A stretch of DNA of 55,507 nucleotides. Origin: a candidate division WOR-3 bacterium (GTDB lineage Bacteria > Hydrothermota > Hydrothermia > LBFQ01 > DSFT01). The notes beneath the pieces were generated by a model that was given only the letters and a program-made list of their open reading frames with translations, was not told the DNA's origin and did no database searches. Where the stretch lies: the NCBI GenBank assembly GCA_965649115.1, contig CBFGJN010000003.1, positions 1 through 55,507 on the forward strand, in the 5' to 3' direction. This document shows, in pieces, positions 8,204-16,927 of this stretch. Each line of letters opens with the position of its first letter. Positions within the stretch are counted from its first letter, which is position 1. The translations under genes were made by a program, and so were the position numbers.

Positions 8204-10468
8204 CTATCTTAAAATCATAAATCTCAAAATCTTGTAATCACCATCTTTGTCAGATATTTTTGCTAAGTATATTCCAGGTGACACAAGAAAGCCATTTTTT
8301 GTTAATAAATTCCATCTTAAAGAACCAGAAGCCGGATTATTGTGATAAAGTGTAATAATATGATCGCCCGAAAGTGTGAATATATCAACCCTTGCAGATG
8401 GTGGTAAATTTTGAAATTCTATTTCCTGCGTTATCTTTGTAGCAGACCAAACAGCTGAACCTTTAAATGGATTAGGAACAATTCTAACTTTATCTTTCCA
8501 ATTTTCTTTTGAAGAAATCGGAGAACCAACATATAACGCTAATGGAGAACCATTAGCATCCTTGGCATAATTATCAAGAGAACTTTGTTGTGAAAGACCG
8601 TAAGTGGAAGGGTCAGCAGTTGGAAAGTCAAACGCACTAACAGCATAAAAGTAAGGAAATCCTGGCTTTACTGTTGTATCTTCATAAGTTCTAACGATAT
8701 TATCAAAGACTTGAACACCAACAGATTTTAAATCATTTAGTGAAAGACCAAATAAACTTTTAACAATTGAATCCTTCCTCCCATCGCTTGTTCCATTTTT
8801 AAATATAAGTGCTAAAAGAGAACCTTTATCAACACTATTGTTTTTCTTTAAAGGTAAGGTAAAGTTAGGATTGTAAAGAGTTCTGTAAACAGCATAACCA
8901 GCGAAATCTAATTCGTTTGTAACATAATCAGGTGTTATTTCTGGCTTATTATCCCAAACTAAAATAACTTTTCCGCTTTCTGAACTATATTTTAATGAAG
9001 GAGAAGGTGGCGGAATAGGTATTTTATAATGATTATCAGGAAATTTATCGGGATCAGGTTTGCAATTATCTGGATGTCCTGGATCGCAATTGCTACCTAA
9101 GTAGTATGTCCTATAAGCTATTTCAACAAGTTGCCTTGCGCCTAAAATATATTTCCCACCTTTATAATAATTATCAACACCACCATTCAAACCATAACCA
9201 ACACCTGTAACCAAAACCAATCTAATAGTATCAGGATAGGTAATAGAATAAGGACCAACTGTAAGAAGAAATCTATAATCAAATTGTGTGGCTCCAACAT
9301 TTAAAGGGACTGGAACAAATCTATAAAATTGAGTTTTTGCTATATGACCAGCCATATAGTAAAACATGTCTGGATTTGTAGCACCAGCATAAGGTGGGTC
9401 AGTTTCTATATTCCACCATTGATGAGCATGAGGTCTTACAATCCTACCACCAGGAAATGTACTATCATCAGGAGTTGGATCTGCATATATAAATGATGCA
9501 AAAATAAAACCAGGGCATCTTTTTATATTTTCAGAATTAACAAGTTTATCTCTTGCATCATAAAATATATAAGACATTCCTCTCGGAATTAAGTAGATGT
9601 ACTTTCTTCCATTTGGTAGTGTAGGTAAGTTGGTTGTATCAACACCTGCTTTTGCAGAAATTTGTCTTTCAATAGGGTCATCACCCCAAATAATATAACC
9701 ATCGGGAACATTATCAGGTTGCTCAATTGTAGTATCACCCAAAATAGTATATTTGTCTTCAAGACCAAAATTAACGCCATTTAAATAACTCAAAAGTGGG
9801 TCATCAGTAGAATAACCAGAAAGTGACAAGTATCTTGGATCCTCATCAATAACCTTTTTATAAAGTCCATCGTAAAAAACCAAATTATCGTACCAAAATG
9901 AGGTTCTCGTGCTAGCGGCACAAGCATCTGCATCAAACCAAACTCCAACAAAAACACTATCAATACTATTTGGTATATTACCCGATTTTAATGCTGGATC
10001 AAAAACAATTTTATATTCATGGATAAAGAATTGATTATATGGTCTATTAGGCCAGGAAAGTGTCCTCTCAAAAACCCTAACACCCAATCTGTTCCCACTA
10101 TTAGCATTTGTATTCTCTTTAAAAACCGCATAAACATCAAATGCAGATTTACCTGGTCCTATGTACTTAAAACCAGTCACAGGATTTATATAATTATCAT
10201 CTGACTCAAATTCATCATTATAAAATTCCGCACTTACTATTCCTCCACTTACATTAGCTCCAATCCATAAACCACCTCTATATAAGTAGTTTGAGATAAT
10301 GTTTGCGGGATAGTTATAAGAAATAGGGTCAGTTACATTATAGCCATATAAACCATTATTAAACTTTGAAGTAGATATTTCGCCTATGTTTATATGAACA
10401 TACTTTGTTGTTCCAAGTGGATAGTAATAAGAACCTCCAAACTTTGATAAAATCAATAAACTTATCAT
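8204..10468 (-). CDS. Large secreted protein with FlgD/T9SS-like C-terminal domain
   Basis: Start moved to MISLLILSK (SD GGAGG); YRGGLWIGA, FAGYAVYR, YFYAVSAFD (FN3-like), VRIVPNPF..WNLLTKNG..SPGIYL. Confidence 0.7.
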   Translation of the reverse strand: MISLLILSKFGGSYYYPLGTTKYVHINIGEISTSKFNNGLYGYNVTDPISYNYPANIISNYLYRGGLWIGANVSGGIVSAEFYNDEFESDDNYINPVTGFKYIGPGKSAFDVYAVFKENTNANSGNRLGVRVFERTLSWPNRPYNQFFIHEYKIVFDPALKSGNIPNSIDSVFVGVWFDADACAASTRTSFWYDNLVFYDGLYKKVIDEDPRYLSLSGYSTDDPLLSYLNGVNFGLEDKYTILGDTTIEQPDNVPDGYIIWGDDPIERQISAKAGVDTTNLPTLPNGRKYIYLIPRGMSYIFYDARDKLVNSENIKRCPGFIFASFIYADPTPDDSTFPGGRIVRPHAHQWWNIETDPPYAGATNPDMFYYMAGHIAKTQFYRFVPVPLNVGATQFDYRFLLTVGPYSITYPDTIRLVLVTGVGYGLNGGVDNYYKGGKYILGARQLVEIAYRTYYLGSNCDPGHPDNCKPDPDKFPDNHYKIPIPPPSPSLKYSSESGKVILVWDNKPEITPDYVTNELDFAGYAVYRTLYNPNFTLPLKKNNSVDKGSLLALIFKNGTSDGRKDSIVKSLFGLSLNDLKSVGVQVFDNIVRTYEDTTVKPGFPYFYAVSAFDFPTADPSTYGLSQQSSLDNYAKDANGSPLALYVGSPISSKENWKDKVRIVPNPFKGSAVWSATKITQEIEFQNLPPSARVDIFTLSGDHIITLYHNNPASGSLRWNLLTKNGFLVSPGIYLAKISDKDGDYKILRFMILR

Positions 10469-10472
10469 ATCT

Positions 10473-13400
10473 CTACCTCCTCCAGTTAATTTCAAAGCCT
10501 ATTTCAGTTATTCTTGGTAATGAATAAACACTTATATCGCCAGAAGGACCTTCTGCAGCTCTCTCACCCAAACAAGTAGGAAGACCATTTCTACAAGCAT
10601 CAGAGCTTGGTCCATAACCAAACCAATAAGTCTGATCAGAATAAGTTATAAGAACTCTATTATTAAATAAGTTATAAACATTACTAAATAACCTTAAATC
10701 CAAACCTCTTATAACAAAACTCTTATATAAGTTCAAATTAGCAACTGATTGACTATAAAATCTCAAACTATTTGTTAATTCAAGATAATCCCTTGGTGTT
10801 CTGATTTCGGGTGAATATGGAAGAGCTGTTCCATAATTCCACACAAAAGAGCCACCCCAACCTGTCTTAAATGGACTTTGAGGAATAAATGGTATTGTGT
10901 ATCCAACATTAACAACAATTCCATGTCTTTGATCCCAATCTAAATAAAATTCTTGTGTGAAACCTGGTGCAAGTCCATAGTACTCATTAAGATAATTACT
11001 ATTAGGATTAGATGAGCTTCCCCTTGCAACCTGGAAAGTATAATTTATATCAAAGAATAAGTTATTTAAAATACCAATTCCACCTCCAATTTGCTTAGAG
11101 AGTTGAATTTCAATTCCTCTAACCGTTGCATAATCAGAATTTACATAAACTGTGTACCATTTTCCTATCCTTACCTTTTGGCCTGTAATTGGGTCTATCT
11201 CGTACATATCGTACCTTTGAGATTGAACCAAATCGTAAATATCCTTATAAAATCCTGTAACATCTATGTACATATATGGATTAAAGGCATGTCTTATACC
11301 AAGCTCATAGGAAATTGTTTTTTCAGGTTTTAAAGCAGGATTACCTTGTCTTGGATAAGCACCTGAGAATATCCACCATTGATTTGAGTACAATCTTGCA
11401 AGTAGAGGAACTTGGAAGTAATGACCATATGTAAAGTGTAAAACATCATTTTCGCTAATTGGATGAGAAATTCCAATTCTTGGACTAATATAATAATAAG
11501 GTTTTACCTTAACAGGATTATTTATATTAAGTGTATCTCTTCTTATTCCATAACCATTATCCCATGTCCAAGCACCATTAAGAGTATCAGGATTAGCAAA
11601 ATCACTATTATCATTTACCTTTACAGGTATTTCATAATCAGCAGGAACATATGCATCTGGATCAAAGTAATCAAGTCTAAGTCCAATATTTGCTATTAAA
11701 CCTTCAAATTCTATTTTATCCCTAACATAAAATGCAAATTCTTTTGGATCAGCATCAACAACAGAAGGATAAACATTTCCACCTGATGCAAAATCCCATA
11801 TATCCTGTTTTAATCTTATAAATCTGTATTCAAAACCTGTCTTAAATTCATGTCCTTTTAAATTGGCAAAGTCCTGTTGAACAAAATCAAATTTCACTTG
11901 ATTCGTATAATTATATCTCCAACCAAATGCAGTTCTATCATAATTTAATGGGTTTGGAACATTTATTCCACTTATTCTATATAATGTATCCTTTATTGGA
12001 ACATTTAATTGATCACTAACAGCAACTGTATCACCTGATGGAGTAATTCCAACTAATAATCTCAAAGCAATACGTTTTTGCTGAGGATAACAATTAATAA
12101 TGGGTGTTTGCCACCAAAATGCTCTTAATTCAACAACACCTGGAATATCAGTAGGTTTAGCAAAACCAGGCTTATTTCTAATCATATTTAGAAGATCAGA
12201 GCAAAAGTAAGAATAAACCTCATTACCCACTAAAACACTACTCTTTAATGCATTAGTATCAATCTCAACATAACCATTCTTATCTCTATCTGAAAAATCA
12301 TCAATACCATCCATATTTATATCTTCAAATGAATTCCAAATTGTTTGATTTCTATATCTACTAAATCTAATTTCTGAATAAGTTTTTGGAGAAATTAAAA
12401 AGTTTATTCCACCTATTAAGCCAAATATATCAGTTTTACTATAAGCAGAATGAGTTGGAGCTATCCTCCATGCAGGCTCCCAATAGGATGTCCAAGCTCT
12501 CGTTCCAACAAAACTACCAAAAATTTTAATTTTTTGATTTGGTAAGGCAGTTATCTTCGCTTGATAATTAATTTGATTATTTCTATTAGGCATAATATTA
12601 GTTTCACCAGCATTTAATCTGCTAAACCTTCCATTTGAATTTTGAATATCAAGTGTTCCACTAAATCTTAAATACTTCTTAATAATTGGACCTGAGGCAG
12701 TAAATTCAAATCTATTTAAATCCTGCTTTTGATTATAAAATGTTGTTGGGAATGGCATTCCATTCGTATATAATGGTTTAATATCTGAAAATAATGGGTC
12801 ATCACTCTTAAAATTCATATCATTATATTTCTTCTGTCTTAAAATCTCATATCCAAAAATCTGATCATAATAACTACCCATATATTTTCTATCAAACCAC
12901 TTTGCATAAACATCACCCTTATCAGTTGATAAGAAATTATATATAGGAAGTCCGATATTCTTTGAACCAATATAAAAATTACTTAAAAATCCAAAATCAG
13001 AAGTTCTCGTTCTTAATTGAAACTCATATTTATCAGTCCCTTCCTTTGTAACAACTTCAACAACACCTGACGCAGCATTACCATATTCAGCTCCAAAACC
13101 ACCCTTACTCACAGAAACTTCTGAAATCGCGTTAAGAGGTAAGTTAGGAGTACCTGCATTTGTATAAGGGTCTCTTAAATCTGCTCCATCAACAACATAA
13201 GCAACTTCCCCTGTTCTACCACCTCTTATTTGTAATTGACCCCCATACCTTCTAACACCTGCTTGAAGTTGAAGCGCTTGCTCAACATTAGCAACAGGTA
13301 AATTTTGAAGTTTTTCACTTCTAATTTTATCAACGCTTGCAGTTAAATCCTTTTTAACAACTGGCTCTCTCGCTATTACAACCTGCTCCTGTAAAACTAC

Positions 13401-13724
13401 CCCTGTTTCTTGAAGTTTTATAATACCACCAAGAGGACTTATTGTTCTATCTGCTTCAACTACAAGATTTTTAAGAACAAATGGAGAATATCCAGTAAAT
13501 TCAACTTTTAAGGTATAAGTTCCTGGTGGAACTCTTAATAAAACAAATTCACCCTTATCATCAGTATATGTCCCAATACCAAGCTCTTCAATATAAACAG
13601 CAGCAGCTACAATTGGTTGTCCTGTCTTAGCATCCACAACCTTACCTGTAATCTTACCATATTGAGCGTAAGCTAAACTAAAAAATCCCAAAATAAAGGT
13701 TATAAGTATAAACAATCGTTTCAT
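10473..13724 (-). CDS. TonB-dependent receptor with N-terminal carboxypeptidase-regulatory-like domain
   Basis: Signal peptide; GKITGKVVDAKTG, plug motifs IRGGR..YVVDG and GGFGAEYGNAASGVV, LKPEKTISYELG, NVYNLFN; ATG 13724 preferred over GTG 13730 on SD spacing. Confidence 0.92.
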   Translation of the reverse strand: MKRLFILITFILGFFSLAYAQYGKITGKVVDAKTGQPIVAAAVYIEELGIGTYTDDKGEFVLLRVPPGTYTLKVEFTGYSPFVLKNLVVEADRTISPLGGIIKLQETGVVLQEQVVIAREPVVKKDLTASVDKIRSEKLQNLPVANVEQALQLQAGVRRYGGQLQIRGGRTGEVAYVVDGADLRDPYTNAGTPNLPLNAISEVSVSKGGFGAEYGNAASGVVEVVTKEGTDKYEFQLRTRTSDFGFLSNFYIGSKNIGLPIYNFLSTDKGDVYAKWFDRKYMGSYYDQIFGYEILRQKKYNDMNFKSDDPLFSDIKPLYTNGMPFPTTFYNQKQDLNRFEFTASGPIIKKYLRFSGTLDIQNSNGRFSRLNAGETNIMPNRNNQINYQAKITALPNQKIKIFGSFVGTRAWTSYWEPAWRIAPTHSAYSKTDIFGLIGGINFLISPKTYSEIRFSRYRNQTIWNSFEDINMDGIDDFSDRDKNGYVEIDTNALKSSVLVGNEVYSYFCSDLLNMIRNKPGFAKPTDIPGVVELRAFWWQTPIINCYPQQKRIALRLLVGITPSGDTVAVSDQLNVPIKDTLYRISGINVPNPLNYDRTAFGWRYNYTNQVKFDFVQQDFANLKGHEFKTGFEYRFIRLKQDIWDFASGGNVYPSVVDADPKEFAFYVRDKIEFEGLIANIGLRLDYFDPDAYVPADYEIPVKVNDNSDFANPDTLNGAWTWDNGYGIRRDTLNINNPVKVKPYYYISPRIGISHPISENDVLHFTYGHYFQVPLLARLYSNQWWIFSGAYPRQGNPALKPEKTISYELGIRHAFNPYMYIDVTGFYKDIYDLVQSQRYDMYEIDPITGQKVRIGKWYTVYVNSDYATVRGIEIQLSKQIGGGIGILNNLFFDINYTFQVARGSSSNPNSNYLNEYYGLAPGFTQEFYLDWDQRHGIVVNVGYTIPFIPQSPFKTGWGGSFVWNYGTALPYSPEIRTPRDYLELTNSLRFYSQSVANLNLYKSFVIRGLDLRLFSNVYNLFNNRVLITYSDQTYWFGYGPSSDACRNGLPTCLGERAAEGPSGDISVYSLPRITEIGFEINWRR

Positions 13725-13754
13725 TTTCACAACCCCCTTTTAAACAACTTGAAA

Positions 13755-13760
13755 ATTTTA
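13755..13760 (-). promoter_or_regulatory. -10-like box CCTT-TAAAAT for the TBDR gene
   Basis: Lies just after the tonB stop; followed by a short leader with a GGGGG SD. Confidence 0.55.
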
Positions 13761-13767
13761 AAGGTTA

Positions 13768-14457
13768 TCATTTTTTAATTACAAAATTAAAAGGGATTAA
13801 AACCCTAACCTTAACTTTCTTGTCTTTCATCATAGCAGGAGAAAATTTATATTGATATGCTGCTTTTAAAGCAGGCTCATTAAATATACTATTTGTAGAA
13901 CTTACAATTTGTGCATCAACAACATTTCCTTCTTCATCTACAACTGCACTTATTACAACTCTTCCCTCAATTCCAGCTTTTTTAGCATATTCAGGATATT
14001 CAGGAGGAACAGATTTTATAACCTGAGGTTTAATCTCAACCTTAAAAAATTCATAAACTTCTTCACTTGTAGCAGTAGGAAGAGGAACATTTTCAATAGG
14101 ATTGATAGGAGCTTGTTCTTGGATAATCTCTTCTTTACTCTCTGTTTGAGATATTAAGCTTCTTTCTTTTTTCACTTTGTCAGACTTTTCCTTCTTTACT
14201 TCAACTATTCTTACATTTATTCTGGGTTTAACTGGTGGAGGAGGTTCTTCTATTCTTTGAATAACAGGCATAAATTCAATAGTAACAGGTTTAGGTAATT
14301 GCGCGGGTTTATATGTTCCAAATTCAATTTTCTTAACACCAGCAAATAACAAAGCTATTATTCCAATTGAGATGATAAAACCAAAGAAAATGTTCTGAGC
14401 ATAGAAATCTTCAATTTCTTGACCTTTTTGAATATAATGTTTTGGTAATTTCGCCAT
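13768..14457 (-). CDS. tonB: Energy transducer TonB
   Basis: N-terminal TM, EEPPPP linker, TonB_C motif PEYPEYAKKAGIEGRV..AAYQYKFSPA. Confidence 0.9.
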   Translation of the reverse strand: MAKLPKHYIQKGQEIEDFYAQNIFFGFIISIGIIALLFAGVKKIEFGTYKPAQLPKPVTIEFMPVIQRIEEPPPPVKPRINVRIVEVKKEKSDKVKKERSLISQTESKEEIIQEQAPINPIENVPLPTATSEEVYEFFKVEIKPQVIKSVPPEYPEYAKKAGIEGRVVISAVVDEEGNVVDAQIVSSTNSIFNEPALKAAYQYKFSPAMMKDKKVKVRVLIPFNFVIKK

Positions 14458-14460
14458 GCT

Positions 14461-14868
14461 CTAACCTCCTGTTATAAAAGCAATTTTATTTATTCCTATT
14501 TTCCTTAACCTATCCATAATTTCAATAATAGTATTTACTCTCACATTTTTATCAGCCCTTATAAGAATTAAAACATCTTTTTGAGATTTCGTTAAATATA
14601 TAGTAGATAGGTCATCTAAGGATTTTATCTTAAATCCCTCTGCATATATTTCATTATCATTAACTATCAAAATTGTTGAGGTTTTACTTTGTGTGGGAAT
14701 TTTAAATGAGTTATTTAATTTTGGAAGATTTATAACTTTTGATTTTTCATAATACTCAACTTTAACAACAATTACCATAAACACCGCCATTATAAACGCT
14801 AAATTAGCTAAGGACAGAATAGAAATTGAGGGAATTTCACGCTTTGGAAAATTTATCCTAACAGCCAT
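14461..14868 (-). CDS. exbD: ExbD/TolR family protein, TM Asp replaced by Asn
   Basis: TM SLANLAFIMAVFM; VINLPK; LIRADKNV..IMDRLRKIGINKIAF. Confidence 0.8.
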   Translation of the reverse strand: MAVRINFPKREIPSISILSLANLAFIMAVFMVIVVKVEYYEKSKVINLPKLNNSFKIPTQSKTSTILIVNDNEIYAEGFKIKSLDDLSTIYLTKSQKDVLILIRADKNVRVNTIIEIMDRLRKIGINKIAFITGG

Positions 14869-14871
14869 AAA

Positions 14872-15369
14872 TTACCTTCTAACAACACCTATGAAAATTT
14901 TAGGTTGTAGCTTTAAATCCTTAAAAACTTGAATTGTCATATCAAAAGCCTTAATTAGATATTCATAAGAAGCGTCCTGATGAATAATAATATAAATTGA
15001 TTTGGTGCTATCTTCAATAAAATAACTTTTTAACTTATCAACAATTTGATTAAAATTAACAGGTTCATCTTCTACAAAAAATTCACCTTTATCATTTATA
15101 GAAAATCTTATGTAATTTGAAAATTTCTCCTCTTGGGGATTTTGAAGTCTTTCATACGAGTAAAGAACCCCCCTTGCAGAACCACCTGTTATTTGATAAG
15201 GCAATTGAGCAACTGCAGGTTTTTTCTCAAAAGCAAATAATATACCCTTCTCTTTCTTAGGAATGTTTAAAGCAAAAAACGAAAGGATTATAAAAGATAA
15301 ATTTGCAACAGATAATGATACAAAGTCAAATCTAAAATCAATTGTTTTAACTTCTTTAAAAATTTTCAT
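14872..15369 (-). CDS. exbD: Second ExbD/TolR family protein, TM Asp replaced by Asn
   Basis: TM SVANLSFIILSFF; INDKGEFFVEDEPV; IIHQDASYEYLIKAFD. Confidence 0.7.
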   Translation of the reverse strand: MKIFKEVKTIDFRFDFVSLSVANLSFIILSFFALNIPKKEKGILFAFEKKPAVAQLPYQITGGSARGVLYSYERLQNPQEEKFSNYIRFSINDKGEFFVEDEPVNFNQIVDKLKSYFIEDSTKSIYIIIHQDASYEYLIKAFDMTIQVFKDLKLQPKIFIGVVRR

Positions 15370-15986
15370 ATAACAAGAATTCCTTTTTCAAGAAGATATT
15401 CAACAAGTGCGTTTGAAGCTTCTTCTATTTGTTTTTGATATGTATTTATCCTATTTGTGAAAATAGCATAAAATAAAGCACAGGGAGTAGCAACAACGAA
15501 AGATGCCAATGTCGCTATTAAAGCTTCACCTATACCACTAGCAACAAGTGTAGGTTCAACTTCACCAGATGTAGCTATCGCATTAAAAACTTTTATAAGT
15601 CCTATTGATGTTCCAATAAATCCAAGAAGAGGAGATATTGTAGTAATAGCGGATAAATAAATCATGTTTCTATCAAGGAAAGATAACTCGCTTATAGCTT
15701 TCCTTACCATTGCGTCCTCAAAGGCACTTTTACCTAACTGAACCTTTTCAAGACCAGCAACTAAAACCTTGGCAAGAGGAGAACGATTATTATATAAATA
15801 ATCAAGAGCTTCTTTAAGACCTTGCTCCTCAATAATTTCTATAACCTTTTGAACAAGCTTTAAAGGATTTGTAAATGAAAGAATATAAAGACTTATAAAT
15901 CTTTCTAAAATAATAGCAAGAGCAAAAATTGCAAGGACTAAAAGTCCCCACATCACAGGACCACCTTTCTGAAAAAGTTCAATCAT
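15366..15986 (-). CDS. exbB: MotA/TolQ/ExbB proton channel protein
   Basis: KGGPVM, SPLLGFIGTSIG, GIGEALIAT. Confidence 0.92.
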   Translation of the reverse strand: MIELFQKGGPVMWGLLVLAIFALAIILERFISLYILSFTNPLKLVQKVIEIIEEQGLKEALDYLYNNRSPLAKVLVAGLEKVQLGKSAFEDAMVRKAISELSFLDRNMIYLSAITTISPLLGFIGTSIGLIKVFNAIATSGEVEPTLVASGIGEALIATLASFVVATPCALFYAIFTNRINTYQKQIEEASNALVEYLLEKGILVI

Positions 15987-15996
15987 AAGTTTCCAA

Positions 15997-16002
15997 ATTT
16001 TA
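15997..16002 (-). promoter_or_regulatory. -10-like box CCTT-TAAAAT
   Basis: 10 nt before exbB ATG; 22 nt from MITE D. Confidence 0.65.
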
Positions 16003-16024
16003 AAGGGTGTTATTTTAGGCTTAA

Positions 16025-16206
16025 TAATGTGTCTAGTAATTTTGAAAATATAATTATTTCTATATTTTGCCCACCCATCCTATATTCAAGGCCTCGCCTC
16101 TAAAAACTACGCCCCCCTTAAACCCCCCCGTAAAATTAACAATTTTCTTAAAATTTTTATAAGTCGTTGATAATCAATTATTTAGCATTATTTACTAGAC
16201 AAAGCA
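16025..16206 (+). mobile_element. MITE-like repeat, copy D
   Basis: TAATGTGTCTAGTAAT...TTTACTAGACAAAGCA; GCCCACCCATCC; flanks TAGGCTTAA / TAGCTTTAA (7/9, possible decayed TSD). Confidence 0.85.
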
Positions 16207-16212
16207 TAGCTT

Positions 16213-16309
16213 TAATGTGTCTAATAATTCTAAAAATATGATTATTTCTTATTTTCCCCACCCTAAATACAAGGCTTAGCTTTGAAATTCGCATTAATCC
16301 TCCAAAGCA
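16213..16309 (+). mobile_element. MITE-like repeat, truncated tandem copy E
   Basis: TAATGTGTCTAATAATTC left end (same variant as D), CCCCACCCT, AAGGCTTAGCTTT. Confidence 0.7.
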
Positions 16310-16339
16310 AAAAATAGGGATTTTTGTGGATGGGTAAAG

Positions 16340-16927
16340 CTATAAACTATTGAATTTTCCTCTTAACCTTTCAACATCAATAATTTTCTTTACATTAAAA
16401 ATAGCGCTTTCTAAATCATCATTTAAAACCCAATAATCGTACTCCCATCTAAAATTCATTTCAACATCAATAAGCGAAATCCTTTTAAGTAATTCATCTT
16501 CGCTTAAATCTCCTCTACTCCTTAATCTTTCAATCAAGACATCCTTGCTTGGAGGTATTAAGAAAACACTAATTACTCTACCCCTAAAATTTCTTTCTAT
16601 ATTTCTTTTACCTTGAACATCAATGTCCATTATAATATCCTTACCATTATTTAAATTTTCAAAAATTGGTTTTTTAGGTGTTCCATAAAATTTACCGTAA
16701 ATTTCAGCCCATTCTAAAAATTCATCTTTTTCTATCATTTCTAAAAATTCTTCCTTACTAATGAAAATATAATCAATACCATCTATTTCATTTTGTCTCC
16801 TTTTTCTTGTTGTAATTGAAACTGAATAAAACAAATTATTATCCAACTCTAAAAGTTTTCTACATATTGTAGTTTTACCACTGCCAGATGGTCCTGAGAT
16901 TATTAAAATAAAATTTTGATGCTTCAT
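16340..16927 (-). CDS. gmk: Guanylate kinase
   Basis: SGPSGSGKTT, SITTRKRRQNEIDGIDY, FLEWAEIYGKFYGT. Confidence 0.96.
   Translation of the reverse strand: MKHQNFILIISGPSGSGKTTICRKLLELDNNLFYSVSITTRKRRQNEIDGIDYIFISKEEFLEMIEKDEFLEWAEIYGKFYGTPKKPIFENLNNGKDIIMDIDVQGKRNIERNFRGRVISVFLIPPSKDVLIERLRSRGDLSEDELLKRISLIDVEMNFRWEYDYWVLNDDLESAIFNVKKIIDVERLRGKFNSL

Noticed and set aside
3812-14157. Short opposite-strand or alternate-frame ORFs inside the TBDR operon (3812, 4697, 5875, 5996, 9589, 10019, 11091, 11463, 13909)
   Set aside because: They are fully nested in long well-supported genes and show no family features.
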